From: an uncultured Collinsella sp.
GTDB lineage: Bacteria > Actinomycetota > Coriobacteriia > Coriobacteriales > Coriobacteriaceae
DNA length: 47,907 nt
NCBI GenBank assembly: GCA_900549245.1
Contig: URNQ01000001.1
Coordinates: forward strand, 1 to 47,907
Reading direction: 5' to 3'
This document shows, one piece after another, positions 15,214 to 24,877 of this stretch (position 1 is its first letter; each line of letters starts with the position of its first letter). Under the pieces are notes generated by a model. The model was not told the DNA's origin. It searched no databases and worked only from the letters and a program-made list of their open reading frames with translations. Both the position numbers and the translations under genes were made by a program.

Positions 15214-15462
15214 ATGGTCGAGTTTACAAAGACGATTAAAGATCCGTTGGGACTGCATGCCCGCCCGGTTGCGCTGCTTTACGACATCATTGCCAAGCAT
15301 CGTAGCAACGTATCGGTCAGTATCGGCGATCGCCATACCGACGGCCGCGATGTAATGGGGCTCATGGCTCTCTACGGCGAGTGCGGCGAGGACATCATCT
15401 TCCGCGTTTCGGGCGTAGACGAGGCTTCCTGCGTCACGTCGATCAGAAACCTCTCGCTCTAA
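15214..15462 (+). CDS. HPr family phosphocarrier paralogue (His15 present, Asp at position 46)
   Basis: 82 aa; GLHARP with His at residue 15; DGRDVMGLMAL; GGGAGGGG RBS. Confidence 0.85.
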   Translation: MVEFTKTIKDPLGLHARPVALLYDIIAKHRSNVSVSIGDRHTDGRDVMGLMALYGECGEDIIFRVSGVDEASCVTSIRNLSL

Positions 15463-15471
15463 GCATGACAG

Positions 15472-15507
15472 GGCGCGGCAAAGGACAGCTCTTTGCCGCG
15501 CCTTTTT
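15472..15507 (+). terminator. Terminator after the HPr gene
   Basis: GGCGCGGCAAAG...CTTTGCCGCGCC followed by TTTTT. Confidence 0.8.
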
Positions 15508-15554
15508 GTTTCGTATAGGAAACTTTTTCGGAATCTAAATGGGGACCCTTTCCA

Positions 15555-15608
15555 AAAAGTTAACCACGTGCTAGTTTACTAAAGCGAACATAGATGTGGT
15601 TAACTTTT
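15555..15608. promoter_or_regulatory. 13-bp inverted repeat in the feo promoter region
   Basis: AAAAGTTAACCAC (15555-15567) and GTGGTTAACTTTT (15596-15608). Confidence 0.5.
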
Positions 15609-15650
15609 ACCGCGTCGATGTTGAGGACGAACTGACGTTAGGAGCCACTC

Positions 15651-15893
15651 ATGTCTTGCGGACCGCAGATGCCGGCAATGCCGCTTTCGATGGTAAAAGC
15701 GGGCGAAACCGTGCGCGTGTCTCGTGTAAAGGGCAATGAGGATATGAAGCACCACCTCAAGGACCTCGGCTTTGTCGAGGGCAGCGAAATTCACGTGGTG
15801 AGCTCGAGTGGCGCCAATATCATCGTCACGGTGCTGGGCGCACGCTTTGGTATCGATTCCAAGGTTGCCATGCACATCATGACCGTCAGTTAG
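15651..15893 (+). CDS. feoA: FeoA family protein
   Basis: MPLSMVKAGE...HLKDLGFVEGSEI; AGGAG RBS; upstream of feoB. Confidence 0.9.
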   Translation: MSCGPQMPAMPLSMVKAGETVRVSRVKGNEDMKHHLKDLGFVEGSEIHVVSSSGANIIVTVLGARFGIDSKVAMHIMTVS

Positions 15894-15930
15894 TCCGCAG
15901 CATTTAAAAAACCGAAAGGGGGACAAGTAA

Positions 15931-16152
15931 ATGAAGACGTTGGGTGACGTTAAGGTGGGCGAGAGCTCTACCATCGTCAAGCTTCACGGCGAGGGCGCGC
16001 TTCGCCGTCACCTTATGGACCTGGGCCTCATCAAGGGCACTTCGTTCAAGGTCGTTAAGGTTGCACCGCTCGGAGATCCGGTCGAGATCAACGTGCGCGG
16101 CTACGAGCTTTCCATCCGCAAGGAGGAGGCGGCCGTCGTCGAGGTCCAGTAA
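15931..16152 (+). CDS. feoA: FeoA family protein
   Basis: LRRHLMDLGL...VAPLGDPVEINVRGYELSIRKEEA. Confidence 0.93.
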   Translation: MKTLGDVKVGESSTIVKLHGEGALRRHLMDLGLIKGTSFKVVKVAPLGDPVEINVRGYELSIRKEEAAVVEVQ

Positions 16153-16180
16153 GGGCCCGCGGCAACTATTTATGCAGATA

Positions 16181-16200
16181 AAGTTAGGTTTTTCTAACTT
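16181..16200. promoter_or_regulatory. Putative DtxR/IdeR-type metal-repressor box before feoB
   Basis: AT-rich palindrome AAGTTAG-GTTTTT-CTAACTT, resembling the TTAGGTTAGCCTAA-type consensus. Confidence 0.55.
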
Positions 16201-16275
16201 AAATTTGCAATGTTGAAGCACATTATCCAGCCCGTGCGGAGAAAGCAGCGCGGGCACACAAGGAAGAAGGATTGA

Positions 16276-18603
16276 ATGGCGGATTCTCAGATCCATGTCG
16301 CGCTGGCGGGTAACCCCAACTGCGGCAAGACCACGCTTTTCAACCTGATCACCGGCGCCAACGGCTACGTTGGCAACTGGCCCGGTGTCACGGTTGAGAA
16401 AAAGGAAGCCAAGCTCCTAAGCGACAAGAACGTTACCATCACGGACCTCCCCGGCATCTACTCGCTTTCCCCCTACAGCCCCGAGGAGCAGTGCTCGCGC
16501 GATTACCTCATGAGCGGCGAGCCCGATGTTGTCGTCCAGGTGGTCGACGCCACCAACCTCGAGCGAAACCTGTACCTGGCGCTTCAGGTTATCGAGACCG
16601 GCCTGCCCGTGGTCGTTGCCCTCAACATGGCCGACTTGGTCGAGAAGAACGGCGATAAGATCGACACGGACAAGCTCTCCAAAAAGCTCGGTTGCCCGGT
16701 CATGATGATCTCGGCCCTTAAGAACAAGGGCATCAAGGAGCTGTTCGAGCAGGTCAAGAAGTCCGCTGCTTCCAAGGGCCAGGTGCCGGAGCACAAGTTC
16801 GATTCCTCCATCGAGGACGTTCTGGACCACATCGAAAACAATCTGCCGGCGAGCGTTCCCGCCAACAAGCGTCGCTACTACGCGGTCAAGCTGTTTGAGC
16901 GCGACGCGGACGCCTGCAAACTCATCAACCTCACCAAGGAGAAGGCCGCTCGCGTGGAGCAGCTGGTCGCTCAGTGCGAGCAGGACTGCGACGACGACGC
17001 TGAGTCCATCATCACCGGTGAGCGTTACGGCGTGATTGCCCATATCATCGACGAGTGCATGACCAAGGCCCCGGCCAAGATGAGCACTTCCGAGAAGATC
17101 GACCGTGTGGTTACCAACCGTATCCTGGGCCTGCCGATTTTTGTGGTTATCATGTTCTGCGTCTACTACATCGCCGTTTCCACCCTGGGCGGCACGGTGA
17201 CCGACTTCACCAACGACCAGCTCTTCGGTACCGACGGTTGGTACGTGCTCGGTCAGGGCCGCGATGCCTACGACGCGGCCGTCGAGGCTGCGGGCGACAA
17301 TGCCGACTCGGTCGACCCGGCACAGTACGGCCCCTATGTCCCCGGTATTACCACCATGGTGCACGACGCCCTTGTGGCGGGCGGCACCGAGGACGGTGGC
17401 CTGGTCGATTCGCTGGTCTGCGACGGTATCGTCGGCGGTCTGGGCGCCATCTTCGGCTTTGTGCCGCAGATGTTCCTGCTGTTCGTGATGCTGTCCTTCC
17501 TGGAGGACTGCGGCTACATGGCCCGCGTCGCCTTTATCATGGACCGCGTGTTCCGCCGCTTTGGCCTGTCCGGTAAGTCCTTTATCCCCATGCTCGTGTC
17601 CTCGGGCTGCGGCGTCCCCGGCGTCATGGCCACCAAGACCATCGAGAACGAGAAGGACCGTCGCATGACGGTCATGACCACCACATTCATTCCCTGTGGC
17701 GCCAAGCTGCCGATCATCGCCCTGCTCATGGGTTCCATCATCGGCGATTCTTCCACCACCGCCGCGTGGATCAGTCCGCTCTTCTACTTCCTGGGCGTCT
17801 TTGCCGTCATCGCCTCGGGCCTCATGCTCAAGAAGACCAAGCTCTTTGCCGGCCGCCCGACTCCGTTTGTCATGGAGCTGCCCGCTTATCACTTCCCGGC
17901 GATCCGCTCTTGGGCGCTGCACGTGTGGGAACGCTGCTGGGCCTTTATCAAGAAGGCCGGCACGGTCATCTTCGCGTCCACCGTCGTCGTTTGGTTCCTC
18001 TCCAACTTTGGTAGCTATAACGGTTCCTTTGGCTTCCTGCCTGCGATGGACGGCATCCCCGAGGAGTTTATGGACTACTCCGTGCTTGCCATGCTCGGCA
18101 ACCTGGTCGCTTGGATCTTCGCCCCGCTCGGCTTTAGCACCTGGCAGGCAACTGCGCTGACTGTTTCTGGCCTTGTCGCCAAGGAGAACGTCGTCGCCAC
18201 CGCCGGCTCGCTGCTGTCGGTTGCTGACGCCGCCGAGACCGACCCGAGCCTGTGGACCGCGTTTGCCGGCATGTTCCCGACTATGGGCGCTTGCGTTGCC
18301 TTTGGCGCATTCAACCTGCTGTGCGCCCCGTGCTTTGCCGCCATGGGCACTATCCGCAACCAGATGGACTCCGGCAAGTGGACCGCGATTGCCATCGGCT
18401 ACGAGTGCGCCTTCGCTTGGGTCATCGGCCTGTTCATCAACCAGTTCTACAACCTGCTTGTCCTTGGCCAGTTTGGTATCTGGACGGTTGTGGCCATCGT
18501 TCTGCTGGTTGCGATGCTCTTCCAGATCTTCCGTCCCATGCCTAAGCACGCTTGGACCGACGAGGATGAGAGCAATACCGCTTCCGCCGCAGTTTCCGCT
18601 TAA
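16276..18603 (+). CDS. feoB: Ferrous iron transporter FeoB
   Basis: GNPNCGKT, VGNWPGVTVE, DLPG, NMAD, LEDCGYMARVAF, GCGVPG, AKENVV. Confidence 0.97.
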   Translation: MADSQIHVALAGNPNCGKTTLFNLITGANGYVGNWPGVTVEKKEAKLLSDKNVTITDLPGIYSLSPYSPEEQCSRDYLMSGEPDVVVQVVDATNLERNLYLALQVIETGLPVVVALNMADLVEKNGDKIDTDKLSKKLGCPVMMISALKNKGIKELFEQVKKSAASKGQVPEHKFDSSIEDVLDHIENNLPASVPANKRRYYAVKLFERDADACKLINLTKEKAARVEQLVAQCEQDCDDDAESIITGERYGVIAHIIDECMTKAPAKMSTSEKIDRVVTNRILGLPIFVVIMFCVYYIAVSTLGGTVTDFTNDQLFGTDGWYVLGQGRDAYDAAVEAAGDNADSVDPAQYGPYVPGITTMVHDALVAGGTEDGGLVDSLVCDGIVGGLGAIFGFVPQMFLLFVMLSFLEDCGYMARVAFIMDRVFRRFGLSGKSFIPMLVSSGCGVPGVMATKTIENEKDRRMTVMTTTFIPCGAKLPIIALLMGSIIGDSSTTAAWISPLFYFLGVFAVIASGLMLKKTKLFAGRPTPFVMELPAYHFPAIRSWALHVWERCWAFIKKAGTVIFASTVVVWFLSNFGSYNGSFGFLPAMDGIPEEFMDYSVLAMLGNLVAWIFAPLGFSTWQATALTVSGLVAKENVVATAGSLLSVADAAETDPSLWTAFAGMFPTMGACVAFGAFNLLCAPCFAAMGTIRNQMDSGKWTAIAIGYECAFAWVIGLFINQFYNLLVLGQFGIWTVVAIVLLVAMLFQIFRPMPKHAWTDEDESNTASAAVSA

Positions 18604-18631
18604 GTCCGAATAAGGATTAGCCCCTTTCCAC

Positions 18632-18665
18632 GAGCCCGGGTGTCCCAGCGACACTCGGGCTTTTT
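18632..18665 (+). terminator. Terminator after feoB
   Basis: GAGCCCGGGTGTC-loop-GACACTCGGGC followed by TTTTT. Confidence 0.8.
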
Positions 18666-18778
18666 GGTGAGGGAGATGTGGCATTTCCGCAGATAAAACC
18701 GACCAAAATAAACCTGTCCCTATTTGGTAGGTGGAGAATGGGGTAAAGTAAGTGGAGGTTAACTAGAGGAGGCTTGCT

Positions 18779-18979
18779 ATGGCACCTATCGATATTGTTG
18801 TACTGGCTGTTATCGGCATTGCGTTTGCCGCCGTGTGCGTGCGCATCTACCGCAAGGGCACCTGCGCCGACTGCGCTCAGGGTGGCGTTTGCACGGGGCA
18901 TTGTTCTAACAAAAAAACCTGCGCCGCGCTTAAGGGCGTAGACAAGATCGCCGAAGACTTGGGTCGCGGTATCAAATAA
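18779..18979 (+). CDS. FeoB-associated Cys-rich membrane protein
   Basis: N-terminal transmembrane helix then CADC...C..HC...C; GAGGAGG RBS; follows feoB. Confidence 0.8.
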   Translation: MAPIDIVVLAVIGIAFAAVCVRIYRKGTCADCAQGGVCTGHCSNKKTCAALKGVDKIAEDLGRGIK

Positions 18980-19070
18980 GGTCCAGGCATCCAGGCGCCT
19001 CGCGAGTATCCGTTCGCGGGGCGCTTTGTGCATTTGGACGCGAGCGCGGCGAGTTGAAGAGTATTTTTGG

Positions 19071-19172
19071 GGTATCGCTAACTATGTGGTCAACGGCCCG
19101 CTCACCGTGGTTCATGCCGTGGCAGGCGCTAAGCTCGCCGTCGAAGGCATGACCAACTACCTGGGCCTCTAA
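19071..19172 (+). pseudogene. 3'-end remnant of a GltD-like FAD/NAD(P) oxidoreductase gene
   Basis: Reads ...VVNGPLTVVHAVAGAKLAVEGMTNYLGL*, resembling the GDxxxGPxTVVxAVxxG...YL C-terminus. No start or upstream body. Confidence 0.5.
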
Positions 19173-19263
19173 CTCCATCCCACCCATCAGTTGCGGTGAA
19201 ATACGGACTGTTTTGGCTGTCAAAGGCCTCATCTACTCCGTATTCCACCGCAACTTTTTTGTG
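19143..19263 (+). repeat. Direct repeat copy 1 (left of the kdp module) with an internal hairpin and T-tract
   Basis: Aligns ungapped to 27553-27673 with 17 mismatches in 121 nt (hand count). Hairpin AGTTGCGGTG(A/G)AATACGGA...TCCGTATTCCACCGCAACT. Confidence 0.9.
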
Positions 19264-19270
19264 GGGTGGG

Positions 19271-19975
19271 CTAGAGACGCTGCATGCGGTACCCGACACC
19301 CATGTGCGTCTGAATCATCTTGGGGTGAGAGGGGTCTGCCTCGATCTTCTTGCGCAGGGTGCGCATGAACACGCGCAGGCTCGCCAGATCGCTGTCCCAG
19401 CTCGTGCCCCATATCTCGCGGGTGATGAAGGTGTGGGTGAGCACCTTGTCGACGTTTTTCGCCAGAAGGACGAGCAATTTGTACTCGGTTGGGGTGAGCG
19501 AGAGCTCGCGTCCGTCTTTCGTTGCGTATCCCGCGGCGTAGTCGATATGCAGCGGACCGTTGTCGAACGTGCTCGCTTCTGTCGACTCGCTCGACGCCAT
19601 CGAGGAGCGCCTCAAATTCGCACGGACGCGCGCGAGCAACTCATCCACAGAAAAGGGCTTGGTGAGGTAGTCGTCTGCCCCTGCGTCAAGTGCTGCAATC
19701 TTGTCGGAATCTTCGGTGCGCGCCGAAATGACGATAATGGGGACTGCCGACCAGCTTCGGATCTTCGTGATGACCTCGATACCGTCAATGTCGGGAAGGC
19801 CGAGGTCGAGCATGATGAGGCTGGGGCCGTGCGACACCGCATCCATGATGGCGGCCTGGCCGTTGCAAACCTTGCTCACGACATAGCCGTGGAGGTCAAG
19901 CGCGGTCGAAACGAGGTTTTGAACGGTCAGGTCATCTTCGACCAGGAGGATGCGTGGCTTAGCGGCATTATTCAT
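19271..19975 (-). CDS. kdpE: KdpE response regulator
   Basis: ILLVEDD, MLDLGLPD, GADDYLTKPF and an OmpR-type wHTH; overlaps the kdpD stop. Confidence 0.93.
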   Translation of the reverse strand: MNNAAKPRILLVEDDLTVQNLVSTALDLHGYVVSKVCNGQAAIMDAVSHGPSLIMLDLGLPDIDGIEVITKIRSWSAVPIIVISARTEDSDKIAALDAGADDYLTKPFSVDELLARVRANLRRSSMASSESTEASTFDNGPLHIDYAAGYATKDGRELSLTPTEYKLLVLLAKNVDKVLTHTFITREIWGTSWDSDLASLRVFMRTLRKKIEADPSHPKMIQTHMGVGYRMQRL

Positions 19976-22703
19976 GAATCTCGATCTCCTCGGCGGGCAG
20001 GGTAAAACGGAAGACGGCCCCATGGGGGTGGTTGTCGCGAACCTCGATGACGCCGCCATGCGCCTCCACGATGGAGCGGCAGAGCGACAGCCCAAGGCCG
20101 ATGCTTCGGCGTGAATCCACGGGCCGCGTATCGCTTGAGGTGAAGAAGCGCTCAAAGATATGAGGCTTGTCGCAGTCTGCCACACCCGGCCCATCGTCTG
20201 CGACGTCCACCACGACGAACGCACCCTCGCGACGTGCGCTGATGGTGACAGTCGAGTCCTCGGGCGTGTATTTGAAGGCGTTCATGATGAGATTCGTAAG
20301 CACCTGCATGATGAGATGGACGTCGATGCGTACCAGCAGGATGTCGTCAGTGTGCTCGATGGTGACGGCGCGTCCATGCGATGCTTGGGCGACATGGCTG
20401 AGGGCGGCCTCGATGACCTCGTCGATAAGCTCGGATGTTAAGTTGAGGCGAATGGTGCCGTCCTCGACGCGTGTGATGGCGAGGAGGTTCTCCACGGTAT
20501 CGATAAGCCAGAGGGAGTCGTCGTAGATGGCATCGGCAAGATCGCAGCGTTGTTCGAGGCTGAGCTTCTCGTCGCTCTTCCGAAGGATTGCCGCAGATCC
20601 GGATATAGCCGTGAGGGGTGTCCTCAAATCGTGGCCGATGGAGCGCAAAAGGTTGGCGCGCAGCTGCTCGTTTTTCGCCAAGACCGCAGCCTCTTCGCGC
20701 TCTTGCGCCGCCCGGTCGCTTTCGAGCGCCAAGGCGCATTCACCCACGATAGATAGGACGATCGAATGCTCGAAGGCTTCGATCTCGCGCCCCTCCAGGT
20801 CGATGCCGATGACACCGAATACCTTGTCGCCGGTGCGAACCGCGAGGTAGAGACAGCGCGCCTCAGGCAGGGTCCGCGTGCTTGCGCCTGCGCGCTTGTT
20901 GTTGGTGTAGGTCCAGGTTGCAACGGCGCGCTCGTAGTCGGTGAACAGCGACGCGGATCGGTTTTCGGTGCCAGCGGACTCATAGAGCGTCTTGCCGAGC
21001 GTGCCGTGTTCGGCGGTGTAGAAGACCACGTCGAGTTTTAGCAGTTTGATGAGTTGGTTCATGGCGACGCGGGCGCACTCCTCCGCGCTATGGGCTTGCT
21101 GCAAGAGCTGGTTCGTTTCGAGGAGTACGCGCGTTTTGAATGCGTTCTCGGCGGAGGTACGTGCGTTGTCGGCGATGCGCACAGTTAACTCGCCGGCGAC
21201 CATAGCGGTAGCGAACATGATGCCGAACGTGACCAGATAGCTTCGGTCATAGCTGGCGAGCGAAAACAGAGGCGTGACGAAGCAGAAGTTGTAAAGCACT
21301 ACAGAGAGCACGCTCGATACGATCGTGCAGATACGCCCCGTCGTGGTGACGGCGGTCAGCAGGGCCGTGAGGATATAGAGGGATATGATGCTGGAATCGG
21401 CAAATCCCAGATGGCGGAAAGCCGTGCCGATCGCCGTGGCGACAAGAGAGAGGGCCAGCGTGCGAAGCACGTCTCGGCTGCTGGGCGGCTGCGGGGCGAG
21501 CGCACGGCGGCGTCCTTTGGGCCGGGAGGGCGGAGTCGACTGGTCTGGAATGATGTAAATGTCGAGGTTCGGGGCGAATGTTATGAGCTGTTCTACGAGA
21601 GATTTGCGGCCGAAGAGAGCCTGACGGACGCTGCTGTGCTCGCCCGTGCGCCCCATGACGATCTTCGAAATACCCGACAGGCGCGCGAACTCGGAGATCT
21701 GAAACGCGACGTCGTCGCCATAGACGGTTTCCATATGCGCTCCGAGCTGCTCGGCTAGGGCGATATTGGCTGCAAGCTTGGCGCGCTCATCATCGCTCAT
21801 GGCTTGCGTGCGCGGGCTCTCTACGAACAGGGCGACGAGCTCGCTGCGAAACGCTTTCGCCATGCGTGCGGCGGCACGGACGATGCGGGGATTGGTCGGC
21901 GCCGGGGAGACGCAGACTAAGATACGCTCCCTGGTGTAGTAGTCACGGTTTCCCAGCACGCGTGCGGCGTCTGTGAGGCGGCCGGTGCGATCGGCGCAGC
22001 GGCGCAGCGCGATTTCTCGGAGTGCGGTGAGGTTCTCGACGGTAAAAAAATGCTGTTGCGCTCGGTCGGCTTGTGCGGGACGGTAGACGAGGCCGGCGCG
22101 AAGGCGCTCAAGTAGGTCTTCGGGCTCTATGTCGACGAGCTCGACCTGGTCGGCATCATCGAAGATACGGTCGGGGATTCGTTCGCTCACGACAACGCCG
22201 GTGATGGATGCAACCATGTCGTTTAGGCTCTCGATATGCTGAACGTTCACGGTCGTATAGACGTCGATGCCCGCATGTAGAAGTTCCTCGACGTCTTGAT
22301 AGCGTTTGTCGTGGCGAGACCCCGGTGCATTCGTATGGGCGAGCTCGTCGACGAGGATGAGCTGAGGGGCGCGTTCGATAGCCGCATCTAGATCGAACTC
22401 GTTGAGCGTAATGCCGTTGTACTCGATGAGTTTATAGGGCACGTTCTCAAGCCCTTGTGCAAGATGGGCAGTTGCCGGACGTTCGTGCGGCTCGATGTAT
22501 CCCGCGACGACGTCGACACCTCGCCGCTTGGCGGCGTGGGCGGCTTGAAGCATCGCATAAGTTTTGCCTGTGCCAGCAGCGTAGCCAAAGAAAATCTTGA
22601 GGTGTCCCCGGCTGGTTCGAGCGTCATCGGCGACCTCGTCTTTCTCAATTGCCTTGAGGATGAGGTCTGGATTGACGCGAGTGTCCGATGCGTCGCGCTG
22701 CAT
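19968..22703 (-). CDS. kdpD: KdpD sensor histidine kinase
   Basis: GHLKIFFGYAAGTGKTYAML, VDELAHTN, USP domain, 4 TM helices, GAF, HDLRTPL, NAFKY, GLGL. Confidence 0.95.
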   Translation of the reverse strand: MQRDASDTRVNPDLILKAIEKDEVADDARTSRGHLKIFFGYAAGTGKTYAMLQAAHAAKRRGVDVVAGYIEPHERPATAHLAQGLENVPYKLIEYNGITLNEFDLDAAIERAPQLILVDELAHTNAPGSRHDKRYQDVEELLHAGIDVYTTVNVQHIESLNDMVASITGVVVSERIPDRIFDDADQVELVDIEPEDLLERLRAGLVYRPAQADRAQQHFFTVENLTALREIALRRCADRTGRLTDAARVLGNRDYYTRERILVCVSPAPTNPRIVRAAARMAKAFRSELVALFVESPRTQAMSDDERAKLAANIALAEQLGAHMETVYGDDVAFQISEFARLSGISKIVMGRTGEHSSVRQALFGRKSLVEQLITFAPNLDIYIIPDQSTPPSRPKGRRRALAPQPPSSRDVLRTLALSLVATAIGTAFRHLGFADSSIISLYILTALLTAVTTTGRICTIVSSVLSVVLYNFCFVTPLFSLASYDRSYLVTFGIMFATAMVAGELTVRIADNARTSAENAFKTRVLLETNQLLQQAHSAEECARVAMNQLIKLLKLDVVFYTAEHGTLGKTLYESAGTENRSASLFTDYERAVATWTYTNNKRAGASTRTLPEARCLYLAVRTGDKVFGVIGIDLEGREIEAFEHSIVLSIVGECALALESDRAAQEREEAAVLAKNEQLRANLLRSIGHDLRTPLTAISGSAAILRKSDEKLSLEQRCDLADAIYDDSLWLIDTVENLLAITRVEDGTIRLNLTSELIDEVIEAALSHVAQASHGRAVTIEHTDDILLVRIDVHLIMQVLTNLIMNAFKYTPEDSTVTISARREGAFVVVDVADDGPGVADCDKPHIFERFFTSSDTRPVDSRRSIGLGLSLCRSIVEAHGGVIEVRDNHPHGAVFRFTLPAEEIEIHE

Positions 22704-22947
22704 AGCGTAGCCTTTCTGAAGCGTTGTCCATGCGTGCATACGCGGTGAGGACGCCGCTGTATGCTCGCGAGGTCGAGTATAGGCGCACTGCAGCAGCAAT
22801 AGTGCTTTCTACCTGCATCTTTACGGCATCTTAAGGTCGTGAGCCCCGGCCCTCACGCCTCTTTAATCCCTAGAAGCGTTTACTGTCCCCAGACGCTTGC
22901 GAGAGCAGGCGTCCGAGACATCGGGCCGTGCGTGAAAGGGGCGGTAA

Positions 22948-23034
22948 ATGAACATCCTCATTCCCATCATCGGAGTCGTCTGCATTGGACTTCTTATCTA
23001 TTACATCTACATTCTGATGAGGAGTGATTCGTAA
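22948..23034 (+). CDS. kdpF: KdpF-like small hydrophobic peptide (28 aa; below the ORF-track cutoff)
   Basis: MNILIPIIGVVCIGLLIYYIYILMRSDS*; GAAAGGGG RBS; ends 3 bp before kdpA. Confidence 0.75.
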   Translation: MNILIPIIGVVCIGLLIYYIYILMRSDS

Positions 23035-23037
23035 ACT

Positions 23038-24861
23038 ATGGACGCTGCGATTCAGTACATCTTGTACTTTGCCGTGCTCGTCGTCCTGGCCGTTCCGCTC
23101 GGTCGGTTCATGGCCCATATCATGGATGGTGAGCATACGTTCCTGTCGCCTGTGATTGCTCCTGTGGAGCGCGGCGTCTATCGTCTGCTTCGCATCGACG
23201 CGGCAGAGCAGATGGGGTGTAGGCGCTATCTGGCGAGCGTGCTGGTCTTTTCGGGGATCGGCCTCGTGGCTCTAGTGGCACTCCAAGCGCTTCAGTCCTT
23301 CTTGCCAGGCAATCCCCAGCACCTGCCGGGTGTGTCATGGGACCTGTCGTTCAATACGGCTGTTTCCTTCATAACCAACACCAACTGGCAGTCCTATTCC
23401 GGTGAGACCACCCTGTCCTATCTTGTGCAGTTCATGGGCCTCACCGTGCAAAACTTCTTGTCCGCTGGCACCGGTATCGCGGTCATGTTCGCGCTCATCC
23501 GCGGTTTCCGTCAGGTCAAGGAGCAGGGTCTGGGTTCCTTCTGGGTCGACCTCACCCGCACCGTCCTGTATGTGCTCATCCCGCTGAACCTCGTGTTCGG
23601 CATCTGCCTGGCTGCCGGTGGCGTCATCTCCAACTTCCAGCCGGCTCAGAAGGCCGAGCTCGTAGAGCCCGTCGCTGTCCAGCCTAATGCAGACGGCGGC
23701 TGGAGCGTCATCGACGGCGCCCAGATCGAGGGCGACACGGTCAAGGTCGACGGCAAGGTTGTCGAGGGCGCGCGCGTGGTCACCGAGCAGTTCCTGCCCC
23801 AGGGTCCCGCGGCTCCTCAGGTCGCCATCAAGCAGTCCGGCACCAACGGCGGCGGCTTCTTCGGCGTGAACTCCGCTCATCCGTATGAGAACCCCAGTGC
23901 CTTCACCAACATCATCGAGATGACCAGCCTGCTGCTGATCCCGGCCGCCTGCTGCTTCACCTTCGGTATCGGCGTCAAGAACACCAAGCAGGGCAAGGCC
24001 ATCTTTGCCGCCATGTTCATCCTGCTGGTGATCTTCACCGGCATCATTGCCGTCAACGAGCATGCGGGCACCCCGCAGCTGGCCGATGGCGGAGCGGTCA
24101 ATATCGAGATGACCGACGGCCAGGCCGGCGGCAACATGGAGGGCAAGGAGAGCCGTTTCGGTATCGCCTCCTCTTCTACCTGGTCCGCTTTCACGACGGC
24201 TGCTTCCAACGGCTCGGTTAACTCCATGCACGACTCCTACACTCCGCTGGGCGGTTTTATCCAGATGCTCCAGATTGCTCTGGGCGAGGTCGTCTTCGGC
24301 GGCGTGGGCTGCGGCCTGTACGGCATGATCGGCTTCGCCATCCTCACAGTGTTCATCGCCGGCCTCATGGTCGGACGCACGCCTGAGTTCCTGGGCAAGA
24401 AGATCGAGCCGGGCGAGATGCGCTGGGCAGTTGTCCTGTGCTTGGCAACTCCGTTTGCCATTCTGGTGTGCTCGGCCATCGCCTGCATGGTGCCCGGTCT
24501 TGCCGACCAGCTCAACAATGGTGGCGCGCACGGCTTCTCCGAGGCGCTGTATGCCTTCACCTCATGCGGCGGCAACAACGGATCGGCGTTTGCAGGCATG
24601 AACTGCAACATTCCCTGGATCAACGTCATGCTCGGCCTCGAGATGCTGTTCGCCCGCTTCATGCCCATCATCGGTACGCTGGCTATCGCCGGCTCGCTGG
24701 CCAAGAAGGGTAAGGTCGCCGAGAGCGCCGGTACCCTGTCTACCACCAACGGCATGTTCGTATTCCTGCTCGTGTTCATCGTTCTGCTGATCGGTGCCCT
24801 GAGTTTCTTCCCGGCTCTGGCGCTTGGCCCCGTTGCCGAGTTCTTCCAGATGATTGCGTAA
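23038..24861 (+). CDS. kdpA: K+-transporting ATPase subunit A
   Basis: [45 protein letters not shown]. Confidence 0.97.
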   Translation: MDAAIQYILYFAVLVVLAVPLGRFMAHIMDGEHTFLSPVIAPVERGVYRLLRIDAAEQMGCRRYLASVLVFSGIGLVALVALQALQSFLPGNPQHLPGVSWDLSFNTAVSFITNTNWQSYSGETTLSYLVQFMGLTVQNFLSAGTGIAVMFALIRGFRQVKEQGLGSFWVDLTRTVLYVLIPLNLVFGICLAAGGVISNFQPAQKAELVEPVAVQPNADGGWSVIDGAQIEGDTVKVDGKVVEGARVVTEQFLPQGPAAPQVAIKQSGTNGGGFFGVNSAHPYENPSAFTNIIEMTSLLLIPAACCFTFGIGVKNTKQGKAIFAAMFILLVIFTGIIAVNEHAGTPQLADGGAVNIEMTDGQAGGNMEGKESRFGIASSSTWSAFTTAASNGSVNSMHDSYTPLGGFIQMLQIALGEVVFGGVGCGLYGMIGFAILTVFIAGLMVGRTPEFLGKKIEPGEMRWAVVLCLATPFAILVCSAIACMVPGLADQLNNGGAHGFSEALYAFTSCGGNNGSAFAGMNCNIPWINVMLGLEMLFARFMPIIGTLAIAGSLAKKGKVAESAGTLSTTNGMFVFLLVFIVLLIGALSFFPALALGPVAEFFQMIA

Positions 24862-24877
24862 AGGAGGGCGCAGATTT

